A stretch of 60,930 nucleotides of DNA, filler included. It is 14 parts of 14 records of this genome, joined end to end, with 100 filler letters (N's around TTAATTAATTAA, not from the genome) between each part and the next. Parts side by side here need not be neighbours in the genome. Positions count along the whole stretch, not along the records: positions 1 to 5,414 come from SRR7504441_18479; positions 5,515 to 10,251 come from SRR7504441_18515; positions 10,352 to 14,013 come from SRR7504441_18525; 11 more parts are not named here. One strand, given 5' to 3'. The notes under the pieces are model-generated. The model worked only from the letters and a program-made list of their open reading frames with translations, was not told where the DNA came from and searched no databases. Position numbers and translations under genes: made by a program. Of the stretch, positions 1 through 10,559 are shown piece by piece. Within the stretch, counting starts at the first letter, position 1. The number at the start of each line of letters is the position of its first letter.

Positions 1-49
1 CCGAGCAGCGCGGCGCTGAGTTTTGTTGCGGCGGGGGGCAAGACGCAGC

Positions 50-723
50 ATGATAGTGGGGCTCGGCGTCATCTGCCGCGACGTGAGCCTACTCCCCAGC
101 CGCCTGCCGCGCCAGGCTGGCCGTCACTCTGCTGGGCAGAACCACCCTCTGTACATCAAGAGCTGGGGCACAGACGACCCTGACCCGTTCAAGTGCCCCC
201 GCCCCCCGCGGCTGGCGGCCCAGGCCGGCCAGATTTCACCGGATCATCCACCGGGCGCTGGACTTCATCGAGGAGCGAGGTGCCGCCAGCCCAGCGGCCC
301 GCTGACCACCCGCAGTCAAAACCCGGCCCTCCGACCAGAAGCTGAGCAAAATGTGAGCGCAGCACCGGCCGGGGCCAGAGCTGCGGGTATAGGTATATCG
401 GGTTTCTGTATCCGACAGAGGACTACAAGACGTGGGTGCCTGGGGCGCGCCCGCTCACGAGTGGCGGCAGCTATGGTTACCTCACCCAGACTGGCACTAA
501 GCTGGTGCTCGTGCTGACCGACACCTCAGCTAACGACGGCAACATCAATCATGTGGCCCGGCCCGGTGCTCGTAGCTCACAGAGACTGGGGCAGTTTTTC
601 AAGCGGTTTCACGAAATCTATTGCAGGGCGGTCTGCAACCCTTTCTACAAGCTAGGGACCCCGATCACGGCCAAGCGCTTCGAGGAGCAGCTGGACGATT
701 TAGTCAAGCGGTGCAGTAAGTGA
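50..723 (+). CDS. TRAPPC2L: Trafficking protein particle complex subunit 2-like (sedlin family), 7 exons
   Basis: Removing GT-AG introns 83-139, 193-232, 280-315, 353-392, 432-470 and 553-594 gives MIVGLGVICRDNHPLYIK...FHRIIHRALDFIEER...[28 protein letters not shown]...FFKRFHEIYCRAVCNPFY, a typical sedlin-family sequence. Confidence 0.88.
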
Positions 724-918
724 CATTGTTCGGTTTCAAGCATCATTTAATTCAATTAAATAATTATTGACCCATGGTCACAATTTGGGAACGCTCTAGA
801 ATACAAACTGTTCTTCACTTGCTATATATGTATGACATTGTATTAGAGCTTACTAAGAGCTTACGCCCACAGAGATTTCAACTAAGATTACAACGAAGAG
901 TTGAATAGCTCCCTTGAA

Positions 919-2343
919 TCACAAGAACTGGTTGTATGCACCGCGGAACTGGGCTTCATTGTACGCCAGCTCGTCCATCAGTCGCCCGCTAGGCCTGGGC
1001 GGGTAGTTGCCCCCCGCCTGCAGGTAGCCAGACTGATCCCTCCTCTCGTACCCTGTCGAGCGAACTTGTGACATTTCTGCCTGGAACTTGAAACGCTCGT
1101 CCTCGATCCGCTGGGCCAGCGACAGCTGCGGGTCGACCTCGTACTCCGCCGCCATCCAGGCCCGCTCCTGCGCTCGCCACTCTCTCTCCACGCCCGGCGG
1201 CAGCGGCGCCCACTCGCGCGGTGCTTCAAAGCCACGAGGGCTCGGAGGCGGGCTCGGAAACGGGCTGGCTGCAGGGCTGGGGAACGGGCTCGGAACCATC
1301 CGGCGCGGCTCCATCGGGGGCATGGGCGGGGCTTCGACGGACGGGCCGTAGCTCTGTTTGTACCCGTCGCGCTCTCTGAGCAGCCGCTCGTATTGAGCAG
1401 CCAGCTCCTGACACCCGGCCTCGGCATCCGCCGCGCGCTGGGCCTCGGCCGCTGACCGCTGAGCCTCGGCCGCGGCCGCCATGGCCATCTGGTCCCGCTC
1501 CTGCTCCAGCTGGGCCAGCGATGCCTTGAGCCTCTCGGCCCTCTCTCTCTCGAGCTCGAGCACCCTCGAGTGCTCCAACTGCTGGAGCTGGTCGGCGTGC
1601 AGACGGACCTGGTTCTGGTGCCCGGCCAGTTCCTGCCCCAGCGCCATCCGGTCCATCTCCACCTGCCCGGCTTCGCGGAGCGCGATCCTCTCAGCCTCGA
1701 ACCGCGAGTGCTCGACAACCGCTGCCCGTTCCATTACCTGCCGGTCGGCGTCGACCAACCGGATGTGCATCGCCCGGTGCCGCGACTCGGCGTTCGCCTC
1801 CAGCTCGTGACAGAACCGGTCGGCCCGGGCGTCCGACTCGGCCCGGGTCTCCGCCGAGTTTTGGTCCCACCGCAGCCGGATCGCGTCCAGCCGGGCGTTC
1901 CGCTCGGCGCGCTTGACCTCGTTGTTGTGGCAGGCCACGTCGCGCGAGATCAGGTCGTGCACGTGTTGCTGCTTGTCCATTTCGGCGCTGGCGAGCATCC
2001 GCTGCTGCTCTTCCAGCTGCTCGCGCAGGCTGAGCTCGCGCAGCTCGGCCTTGACTCTGTCGATCTCGGCCATCCTGTGCGCGTGCCGGGCCGAGCTCCC
2101 GACCACCTCCCCTCGCAGCTCGGCCTCCAGCTCGCGCACAGCCGGGTCCCATGCGGCCCCGGCCTGGTGCACCGCCGGCCGGGTCAGCCTGTCCTGCCAG
2201 AGCCGGTGGGTCTCGCCGGCCACCTGCCGGGCCGTCTCCCCGGCCGGCCGCTCCAGCTGGGCGACCGCCGACCGGGATTTGCGCTCCTGCTCGTGCCGGG
2301 CCGCCGAACGAGCCCGCAGCTGGTCCAGCATCGAGGCCGTCAT
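919..2343 (-). CDS. Uncharacterised coiled-coil protein with proline-rich C-terminal segment
   Basis: Long E/R/Q/A-rich ORF with PSPFPSP repeats; ATG at 2343; AT-rich 3' flank. Confidence 0.65.
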   Translation of the reverse strand: MTASMLDQLRARSAARHEQERKSRSAVAQLERPAGETARQVAGETHRLWQDRLTRPAVHQAGAAWDPAVRELEAELRGEVVGSSARHAHRMAEIDRVKAELRELSLREQLEEQQRMLASAEMDKQQHVHDLISRDVACHNNEVKRAERNARLDAIRLRWDQNSAETRAESDARADRFCHELEANAESRHRAMHIRLVDADRQVMERAAVVEHSRFEAERIALREAGQVEMDRMALGQELAGHQNQVRLHADQLQQLEHSRVLELERERAERLKASLAQLEQERDQMAMAAAAEAQRSAAEAQRAADAEAGCQELAAQYERLLRERDGYKQSYGPSVEAPPMPPMEPRRMVPSPFPSPAASPFPSPPPSPRGFEAPREWAPLPPGVEREWRAQERAWMAAEYEVDPQLSLAQRIEDERFKFQAEMSQVRSTGYERRDQSGYLQAGGNYPPRPSGRLMDELAYNEAQFRGAYNQFL

Positions 2344-2426
2344 GCGCACTCGAGGCAGTGGAGCTGTCAGCTGAGCGGAGCACCAACGGTTTTCAACGGC
2401 CCACGCGACGGGCCTCCGGACTTGAA

Positions 2427-3515
2427 ATGCGTGTTGGCCTGCCGGGGCTCGGCAGCCTGCTGGGAGTGGTGCTCGCGGCGGCCGTCGCGCACAGCGAGCC
2501 GATCATCGGGGGCAGCGGGGCGTGGCGCTGGCAGTACATGCCAGAGCTGCTGGAGCTGCCGGAGGGGGCCGAGCCGCAGCACTGCCACGGGCTCGAGCTG
2601 GACCACGCCGGACGGATCTACCTCAACTACGTCAACTGGAACAACGGCATACAGACCAACGGAACCGACCAGCACTGCCTGGTCCGCTGGGGCCCGGACG
2701 GTACCAACGGCTCATTCATTGACCGGCCCGGGCTGTGCGCCGGCACGCCGCACGGGCTGACCCTGGCCAAGGAAGGCGGCCAGCTGTTCTTCTACCACGC
2801 CAATTGTGGGACCAAGCCCCCGCGGTATGGCTCGGGCATGCTCAGCAAGACTGGGATCGATGGCGAGATCCTCTGGCAGCACACCGGCCCTATCAGCCCG
2901 CCCATGTCCCCCGCCAACTATCGACCCACCTGGTGGGCGGTGCCGCCTACCGGTGATTTCGTCTACCTCGGCGATGGGTACGGCTCGTCGAACGTTTACG
3001 TCTTCAGCAGGGACGGTGTGTTCATGAACCGCACGTTCGGTGGCAAGGGCAGCGCGCATGGCAGGTTTGAGAATTGCCATGGGCTGCACTGGGATCCTCG
3101 GGCCGGCCAGCTGGTGATCGCCGACCGGGAGAACCACCGGATTGAGTTCTACGCGGTGGACGACACCGGGTCCAAGTTCGATTATGTCTCGACAGTCACT
3201 CCGACCTACGGCGTTGCAGGGACACAGCGGCCGTGCAATGTGAGGGTTTGCGAAGGATCTGGAAACGCCACGCTGGACGGGCTGGCTGTGGTGGCCGACC
3301 TCGGGGCCGACGACCAGAGCAAACCGGGCGTGGCGCGAGGCCAGGTGGCAGTGCTAGATCAGCAGAACCGGCTGCTGTCGGTGATTGCGGTGTCTGAGCT
3401 GCTGGGCGACCAAGGAAGCATTCACCCGCATGATGCAATCATGCTGGCCAACGGGGATATCGTGGTGGCCACTTGGCACCCCGGGCACGTCTCCTACTGG
3501 CGGCTGCTGCACTGA
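2427..3515 (+). CDS. Secreted NHL-repeat beta-propeller, peptidyl-alpha-hydroxyglycine alpha-amidating lyase (PAL)-like
   Basis: Signal peptide MRVGLPGLGSLLGVVLAAAVAHS; NHL motifs VYLGDGYGSSNVYVF, FENCHGL, LVIADRENHRIEF, HPHDA; intronless. Confidence 0.75.
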   Translation: MRVGLPGLGSLLGVVLAAAVAHSEPIIGGSGAWRWQYMPELLELPEGAEPQHCHGLELDHAGRIYLNYVNWNNGIQTNGTDQHCLVRWGPDGTNGSFIDRPGLCAGTPHGLTLAKEGGQLFFYHANCGTKPPRYGSGMLSKTGIDGEILWQHTGPISPPMSPANYRPTWWAVPPTGDFVYLGDGYGSSNVYVFSRDGVFMNRTFGGKGSAHGRFENCHGLHWDPRAGQLVIADRENHRIEFYAVDDTGSKFDYVSTVTPTYGVAGTQRPCNVRVCEGSGNATLDGLAVVADLGADDQSKPGVARGQVAVLDQQNRLLSVIAVSELLGDQGSIHPHDAIMLANGDIVVATWHPGHVSYWRLLH

Positions 3516-3897
3516 CTCTGATCCACCGCCAAGCAGTTGCTACGAGCAGTCAGCTTCGAGCTCAGAATCTGATGATCATGACATCATTGTACGAGTAACT
3601 ATTATACCGTACTTGTAATTGTAACCGGCCTCTGGTCAACTACAGTACATTTTAAGTACATTTGACATCGCCGTTGTGCACACAAGCCTAGATTATATAT
3701 GAAGCCTTTATTCATGAATAATAGACCATTAAATTTCTCTGCATATGCATTCATAATGCATTCACATGATTATGCACACACCGCCAAAGGTGTTGAATTC
3801 ATAGGTGATTGAATTAATTATCTTGCAAACTCGTGCCGTTAATTAAACTTGCCGCCATGCCAGTCTCTCGGAGGCCGGCAGTGGCCACACTCTGGAA

Positions 3898-5414
3898 TCA
3901 GAGCATCAACCCCTCGACTCCGTCCGACACTCTTAGCACGTCTAGTATATTATCATCGTCTTTGCTCTCACTGCTCACACGGAGTAGGTCTTGCTCGATG
4001 TTAGCCTGCACACTCGTCAGCCACACACTACGCGCACTGGCCTGGATCTCGGATCTGGGCACTTGCTCGTTATGGTTAATATGCTCCATGGTGATCGGGG
4101 TGGGCAGCGCGGCGCTGGTCTCGTTGTTGACCATGTTGACCATCATGCTGTGCTCCGCAGGGTACCCGTCGGAGATCCGAACCAGGTCTGTCTGCATCCC
4201 CTGCTGGTCGCACCCGGCCAGGATCATCGACTCCTCCTGCCCCCGCTCAGCCAGCCAGCTGGACCTCCCGCACCTCGTTGCTCCCGCCGGAGCACCGGAG
4301 CAGGAAGTCCTCCAACATCTCTGCAGAGCCACGCAGCTCGTCCGCTTGGCCGGACTTGCCCGAGATTCTAAGCAAATCGTCGGTCAGCAGCTCCTCCACC
4401 ACGTCTGAGCTCCGGAGCAGCTCGGTGACGAACTCGTCGCTTATCTGAGTCTGGTCGGGGATCGGCTCGTCACCGCTAAATCTGAGTGCCATTGCCTGCT
4501 CTAGCCTCTCCCTCTGAAAGTCGTTCAACTTGCCCCACTCGTCGCTCAGCCGGTTGGCGTCCACCGACTGGTACTGGTGGTACTCGACTGGCTGTTGCTG
4601 GAACCAGCTGCCCAGGTTCTCCACCTGCTGCTGCTGACCAAACCAGCTGCTTACGGCGGCTGCAGGATTGGCCTGGCCTCGCTTAGTCGGCTTGCGCCGC
4701 TTGGAAGTGGGGGTTTCGCCTAAGCTCAGCTGCTGCTGGCCCGGCGGGCTGTCCCCTGGCGAGCTCCCGGGCGAGCTAGTGTCGTACAGCTCGGACCCGA
4801 CGGTCGTGTCTGACTCTGCGCTCGTCCTAATCCCCGGTCCCCAACCAGTCTGAGTGCAGTTTGCCCAAGGGTGGGTGCTCCCTTCCCAGAGCCCGCTGCT
4901 CGGACTGGCCACCGGCACCGCCGCGTTCCTCCCGCCCGCCTGGTTGGGCTTCCTGTTGGCCCTCCGCTTGCGCTGCTGCTGGTTGGCAGCCGTCGGCAAG
5001 ATCATTATGACCTGCTCCTTCCCGATCTGAGAGCAGGTGGCCTCCCTGGACACTGGAATGGTCCAGTCAAGCACCCCGTAGTCCCGCATGTGCGGCAGCG
5101 TCCCGTCGTTGGCGCAGTCGACGCAACGGCACGCCGCACTGCAGGCAACCCCGGCCTGGAAGCATTCGCAATACTTTTTGCGGCAGCTCGACCGCTGGCA
5201 GTTGCACCCTCGCGAGTGCGACAAGCCAGACTTACCGTTGCTCCCCACGGTGGCCTTGAACTTGGGCCGGAAGGCGGTCCGGTTCCGGGAAAGCTTCTGC
5301 TGCACCGCTTTCCGCCTGGCCTCGGTATGTTGGGCTGTATTCTCGCAGTCCTTGCATTTGCACCCGGCGCTGCACAGCAGGTTGGCCGCAAAGCACTCGC
5401 AGTAGAGCTTGAGG
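3898..5414 (-). CDS. Tesmin/TSO1/LIN54-like CXC (CRC) domain DNA-binding protein, 5'-truncated
   Basis: Two CXC domains (LKLYCECFAANLLCSAGCKCKDCEN; GCNCQRSSCRKKYCECFQAGVACSAACRCVDCAN) with RNRTAFRPK linker; one short GT-AG intron near 4237-4272. Confidence 0.85.
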
Positions 5415-5514
5415 NNNNNNNNNNNNNNNNNNNNNNNNNNNNNNNNNNNNNNNNNNNNTTAATTAATTAANNNNNNNNNNNNNNNNNNNNNNNNNNNNNN
5501 NNNNNNNNNNNNNN
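5415..5514. other. Artificial contig linker (N-run + TTAATTAATTAA six-frame stop + N-run); first of 13. Others at 10252-10351, 14014-14113, 18789-18888, 22020-22119, 25320-25419, 29634-29733, 32770-32869, 38439-38538, 44939-45038, 49278-49377, 52718-52817, 56646-56745
   Basis: Identical 100-nt structure each time; genes are truncated at these points. Confidence 0.98.
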
Positions 5515-5830
5515 GCCCGGTGGGCTGCTACGCCCGGTCTCAGTCTAGATATCGACCTTGTTGACGTAGTTCTAGACGTCTAGAACGCTCCGGTTAGAAA
5601 GCGGCGCAGAATAGGCTACAGTATTGCGTACTGCGTAACATTGAAGCCTTGAATTGATATATGGACCTTCAGTTTAATGCTGTAATACGCCTGTCTATCG
5701 GGAACCTGGTAGTGCCGGTGTATATAGTGCCAGAGCGACGGATCGGATCAATTGGTCAATTGATTCCAAGTGTACGTACGCCTCGCTATCGGTGGTACGC
5801 TAACACTACCCAGCGTCCCCAAAGCCACAC

Positions 5831-6439
5831 TCACTGCATCTGGCAATCCGGCATTTCCTGTCCTCCCCCAACTGAGGCCGTGAACTCCTGGGCGCCGTCC
5901 TTCATCCACTGGTCGAACTCAGCCCTAGAGACCTGCGAGCGCTCAGCCCCATACCGGCCCTGGACGCGCCTTATCGTTGCCGTCCTTGTCCATGTGGGCA
6001 AACAGCTTATTCGCCTGCCCCCTGGCTCGACCGGCCGGTCAGCTCGAGGCTGCACCCCCTCCTCAGATTTCATCGTCTCTGCCAGTGCCTCCATCATCGG
6101 CTTCAGTGCCTCCAGCATCTTCTTGCCCCCAAACATCTCCATTTGCTCACGTTCCTCCGAGCTCATCTTGTCCCAGGCCTGGTCGATCCCCTTCTCGTAC
6201 GCCTCAACCATCGCGCCGGCGAGGTCCTTCCCGACCTGCTTGGCCTCGTCCTTGGACAGGTACCCGGACTCGTCTTTGTCGTATTCTTTCCAGAGCTTGT
6301 CCGAGTCGATGTCCTCGTTCGTCATCATGTGTTCCACCCAAAGGTCCTGCGACGACGTGCCACCCTGCCAGCCACTCGCATCAGCACTCCGGCGGATCGC
6401 ACCATCGCGACTGTCGTTAGACGTGCGTTTTAACGACAT
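5831..6439 (-). CDS. Small EF-hand calcium-binding protein (start 6439 or 6328)
   Basis: EF loop DKDESGYLSKDE; second loop DKDGNDKVSRAE is restored after removing introns 6015-6055 (GT-AG) and 5933-5969 (GC-AG). Confidence 0.75.
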   Translation of the reverse strand: MSLKRTSNDSRDGAIRRSADASGWQGGTSSQDLWVEHMMTNEDIDSDKLWKEYDKDESGYLSKDEAKQVGKDLAGAMVEAYEKGIDQAWDKMSSEEREQMEMFGGKKMLEALKPMMEALAETMKSEEGVQPRADRPVEPGGRRISCLPTWTRTATIRRVQGRYGAERSQVSRAEFDQWMKDGAQEFTASVGGGQEMPDCQMQ

Positions 6440-6583
6440 TTCGACTGACAGAGCCTGAGACTACATGCGTGTAGATCGATCCGATCGATCGGAGCGGTTA
6501 AAAATCTACATGTAAGTACGTTTTCATAGTTTGACGTCAACTGAAACTAGTAATGCAATTGATTAAGCTGAAGTGCCAACGAA

Positions 6584-6935
6584 TTACGGTTCGATCGGCA
6601 CTCTGAAGGTTTGCACACAACGGCGACCGATCACATCCCACTGCTTTATGGTCCCGTCCTGCCCCCGGCTCATTCCCCCCCAAGGTGGTCCACACCAGTG
6701 CTCCCGAATACAAGAGCCCGTCGGCGAAGCATAGCGTTCGCACAGCATTTGCGTGCCCCCGGTATCGCACCGCCGCCGCCCCAGCCATCTCCGGGGTCGG
6801 GCCCACCTGGGCAACCCAGGGCATGTCTTCGCAGCTCTGGCCGATGAAGTAGGCCTGCCGGTGCCGCCGCTCCGGCTTGGGCCGGTCCGGCTGCTGCAGC
6901 GGCTCCGCAAACCGCACCAGTGTCTGCCGATCCAT
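6584..6935 (-). CDS. Short WD40-repeat-containing protein (start uncertain)
   Basis: YRGHANAVRTLCFADGLLYSGAL, then an intron, then DGTIKQWD: one WD40 repeat. Confidence 0.5.
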
Positions 6936-7240
6936 CTGATTTTGTTTGCCGCAAGGGCCCCTGAATCCACACGACGACAGTCTGATCCAGGTATGATGAG
7001 CTCAGCACTCGGGCTTGCGTGATGACACAGCTGTGAGCCGCACCCTTGGCTCATCCATGTTAACTTATTCACATTTAATCGTGGCGAAAGCCTTGATTCC
7101 GAGTACTCCAGTGGAGCTATAGTGCGTCTGAGGCTTATTTGCACAAAAGTAACTGTTTAACGTTGTCGTAAATGTCGTAAATCGTAAATCGTAATGCTTC
7201 GGCTTAATAGAATGCGCAATGCTTGTAGCCACAGCGCCAT

Positions 7241-8164
7241 TCACCCACTCTTGGACTCCCCCTCGCTTCCAGGGGGAGACGCAGAGCCATATGGCACGTA
7301 TCCACGTACGAATGGGATTCCAATCGGCGTTCTCGAAGCAAATTGCACGTACTCATCTTTGTAGATCTGGACAAGAGAGAGTTCTTCCGAAGGAATCCGG
7401 TCGCTGAAGAACCTGTAGGCCACATATCCGAATCCGAGCACGCAAATCGGGTTCGCGAGCAAAACCTGCAGACCAGTTGGGGGGCCTAGGGGCAAGTCGA
7501 GAGGCACCTGAGAGCAAACAGTCCAATAGAACCAGCCGAAATACGCCGGGTGCCGAACGTGCCGGTACAGCCCGCCGGTAACCAGCTGGTGCCCCTGCTT
7601 GCGCTTGTGCATCACGATGTGGTCAAAGTTGGCCCCACACTGCGCCATCCCCACCAGTCGCACCCCGAGAGCGACCAAACACCCGGCCGTGGCCACCAGC
7701 ACGAGCAACAGACTGCCCTTGAGCCCCGGCAGCAGCGCCTGTTCGACCCAGAACTCGGCCGCGGCCGCCAGCTGGGCCGCCGTGTACGCAGTCGAGTGGT
7801 TGAGCAGCCATGAGCGGTACTGGAGCTCGTCCGGCCGGTAGGCGGCCGTGATGTACCACTCCCCCACGTGGAACCAGGCCAGCAAGCAGAGGTACACGCA
7901 CCACTGGACGCTCGCCACGGAGTAGAGCTGCCGGCCCGGTCGGCCCGGGGACTCGCCGGCAGCGGCACCTGGGCGTGCAGCAGCATGCAGCTGCTGAAAC
8001 CGATCACACCGCCCAGCGCCAGCCCGGCCAGCCCGTGCCTGGGCCCCGCGGGTGGGCCCAGCCCGGGGGAGGGGGTACCGGCCGGGCCCATTCGGGTCGG
8101 CAAAGTGCTTGGACTTGGCCCAGTCGAAGTCGAGTACCGACTGCACCCGCACCAGTGCCTGCAT
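7241..8164 (-). CDS. ICMT: Protein-S-isoprenylcysteine O-methyltransferase (Ste14/ICMT)
   Basis: NFDHIV...HQLVTGGLYRHVRHPAYFGWFYW and RIPSEELSL motifs; introns 8039-8078, 7928-7968, 7466-7507. Confidence 0.9.
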   Translation of the reverse strand: MQALVRVQSVLDFDWAKSKHFADPNGPGRYPLPRAGPTRGAQARAGRAGAGRCDRFQQLHAAARPGAAAGESPGRPGRQLYSVASVQWCVYLCLLAWFHVGEWYITAAYRPDELQYRSWLLNHSTAYTAAQLAAAAEFWVEQALLPGLKGSLLLVLVATAGCLVALGVRLVGMAQCGANFDHIVMHKRKQGHQLVTGGLYRHVRHPAYFGWFYWTVCSQVPLDLPLGPPTGLQVLLANPICVLGFGYVAYRFFSDRIPSEELSLVQIYKDEYVQFASRTPIGIPFVRGYVPYGSASPPGSEGESKSG

Positions 8165-8206
8165 ATCGTTCGGTTGTGGCAACCCGACCGGACCGGATCT
8201 CGGCGG

Positions 8207-9274
8207 ATGGAGAGGGTGAAGTGGCGGCGCTTGCTGCTGGGCTTGGCCCTGGTGCAGGCCGTACTGCTGCTGTTCGGGTGGCTGGCGGAATCGGGCATCG
8301 GCCAGTCCCAGCCGACGGTGCTAGTGACTGGCGGACTGGGCTTTATTGGCTCACACGTCGTCGAGGAGCTGGTCTCGAGAGGGTACCGTGTGGTCATTCT
8401 GGACGACGAATCCAACGGGCACAACCGCCCCCCGAGCCCGGTCCAGGCGATCAAAGGGGATATCATCCGGGTCGACGACCTGGCGATGGTGCCCGGTGCA
8501 CCTGAGTACATTGTGCATCTGGCCGCGGCCATCAGTGTGGCAGAGTCGATGAAGACCCCCGCGAAGTACCGGCGAATCAACGTGGACGGCTCGGCTAAGG
8601 TGCTGGAGTGGGCCCGGACCCGCTGGGGCACAAAGATGGTGGTTGCCGCCAGCAGCGCTGCCGTGTACGGCGACAAGGCCCAGCTTCCGATCCGCGAGAC
8701 GAGCCCCTATGCTGGCCTATCGCCGTATGCCGAGTCCAAGTACAAGATGGAAGCGCTAATGTACAAATGGGCGCTGCATGGCGGTGGCGGGGCGGTGGCG
8801 CTTCGATTCTTCAATGTATACGGACCGAGGCAGGACCCCAAGTCCGAATATAGTGGCGTAATCTCCAAATTTATGCAGGCCGCGCAACAGACAGCAGGGG
8901 GCGCTGCCGAAATCAAGATATTCGGAGATGGCAAGCAGACACGTGACTTCGTCTATGTAAAGGACGTGGCCCGGGCGATCCGTATGGCGCTAGTGTCTGG
9001 CCGCACGGGGTTTGGGGTCTACAATGTGTGCACGGGCCAAAAAACGAGCATACAACAGCTAGCCGAGACTGTGAGGACAGCGTTTGCGGCACCAGGCAAA
9101 ACGATCACAATTGCGAACTTGGCGGCTCGAAGTGGAGACATAAAGGAGTCTGTCTGCGATCCTCACAAGATCCAGGAGGCGCTGGATTGGAAGTTTGACT
9201 ACACGATACAACGTGGCCTCCAGATGACCAAAGAGTGGTTCACGTCTAGCTCACTGGACAGTGGGTTCACGTAG
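8207..9274 (+). CDS. NAD-dependent nucleotide-sugar epimerase/dehydratase (GalE-like) with N-terminal membrane anchor
   Basis: TGGLGFIGSH, HLAA, SSAAVYG, YAESK (YxxxK), LRFFNVYGPRQ, GDGKQTRDFVYV; intronless. Confidence 0.9.
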   Translation: MERVKWRRLLLGLALVQAVLLLFGWLAESGIGQSQPTVLVTGGLGFIGSHVVEELVSRGYRVVILDDESNGHNRPPSPVQAIKGDIIRVDDLAMVPGAPEYIVHLAAAISVAESMKTPAKYRRINVDGSAKVLEWARTRWGTKMVVAASSAAVYGDKAQLPIRETSPYAGLSPYAESKYKMEALMYKWALHGGGGAVALRFFNVYGPRQDPKSEYSGVISKFMQAAQQTAGGAAEIKIFGDGKQTRDFVYVKDVARAIRMALVSGRTGFGVYNVCTGQKTSIQQLAETVRTAFAAPGKTITIANLAARSGDIKESVCDPHKIQEALDWKFDYTIQRGLQMTKEWFTSSSLDSGFT

Positions 9275-9495
9275 AGGGGGACCTAACCTGGCACCGTGAA
9301 ATGAGCGAGGGCGATGCCGCTTATTACTGTAGTAAGACTAGTACTTGTACAATACTGGTATATAATTATTACAATAATTATATTTATACAAGTTCAATAC
9401 ATGTATCTACTGCTACCGTCACTATACCGTCACTAGCGTTTTATCTATGCCGAGTATGCGTCTTTTAAATCATAGCGAAGGTCGACTCAAAGTGA

Positions 9496-10251
9496 TCAAT
9501 CAGGGTATCTTTGTAAGTGATTACATCCCCATGTGTCTCTGCCCTGTGTTAGTTCCCAGTTCACGAGGCGATTCTGTGCCAAGAACTCTGCATCCTGTTT
9601 GAGCAGAGTCGTGATTGAGTCTGGATTGTTTTCTGGCTTCAACCGAGGCTCTCTCCCAGTGAATTTCTGCTGGCTCTTGAACACACCTGAGCCTATCACC
9701 CTGAAGTCGAAGAGCGTCTCATGGGCAACCTGCATGCTGGGGATCGCTGACGGCACAGAGCAGACCCAAGCAAGCTTGTTGATAGTCACTATGAAGGGGA
9801 TTGGGTCAGCAGTATCCGACGTTGTAATCTCGTAAAATCCTATGATCACCTGAAGCATTGTGGTGGGAGCATCAGCTCTAGGAGTCTGATCTGAAGTGGG
9901 GAGTACGCAATTTCGTCTGTGCTGGTGCATGTAATCAGCATATACTTCCATCAAATCGATTAGGTTCTGTTTCTCCTGCTGCGTGACAGACTCCATCCTA
10001 ACGATATGCACCCCATCTTTGTTTGTTACCGAGTAGTTGAACCTGCTGCCTTGATCGATGTCCCGCATACTTAGCCTTGGACCTGTCCATGTCTCGCGTG
10101 CGAACCAGCAGCACCAACTCTTGCTTGAGAGGTTCACCGGTCAAGTCTTTGGGTAACTGTTGCATGGATGCCTGCCCCGGGCTGATGGGCGCCATGCGGG
10201 GCCAGAACCGCAAGTTTTGCATACTCGCTTGTCAGCGCATTAGGGTCCTGA
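9496..10251 (-). CDS. Divergent phosphatidylinositol-phosphate kinase (PIPK)-like fragment, 5'-truncated
   Basis: GSRFNYS...VTQQEKQNLIDLMEVYADYM...IIGFYEI...FIVTIN...LLKQDAEFLAQNRLV resembles the PIP5K fold; interrupted by introns. Confidence 0.5.
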
Positions 10252-10559
10252 NNNNNNNNNNNNNNNNNNNNNNNNNNNNNNNNNNNNNNNNNNNNTTAAT
10301 TAATTAANNNNNNNNNNNNNNNNNNNNNNNNNNNNNNNNNNNNNNNNNNNNAGTAGCGCCATTCCGTAACGGCAGAATCCCGAGATAATCTGATTTAATG
10401 CACCTCGAGCACATCATGATCATGATCAATCAATGACATGAATTGATCGTATATACGTATATCTTGATTATATTCGTAGCGCTAGCCTGTAGTAGATGGT
10501 ATGCTATTCAAACCTCTGTGGTTCAAAATGGTTGCAAATTGGTTGATGCGGTAGACCGG

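Noticed and set aside
1570-2760. Long antisense or overlapping ORFs (also 22410-24107, 7612-8676, 43642-44553)
   Set aside because: Shadow ORFs expected in high-GC coding DNA; no recognisable motifs
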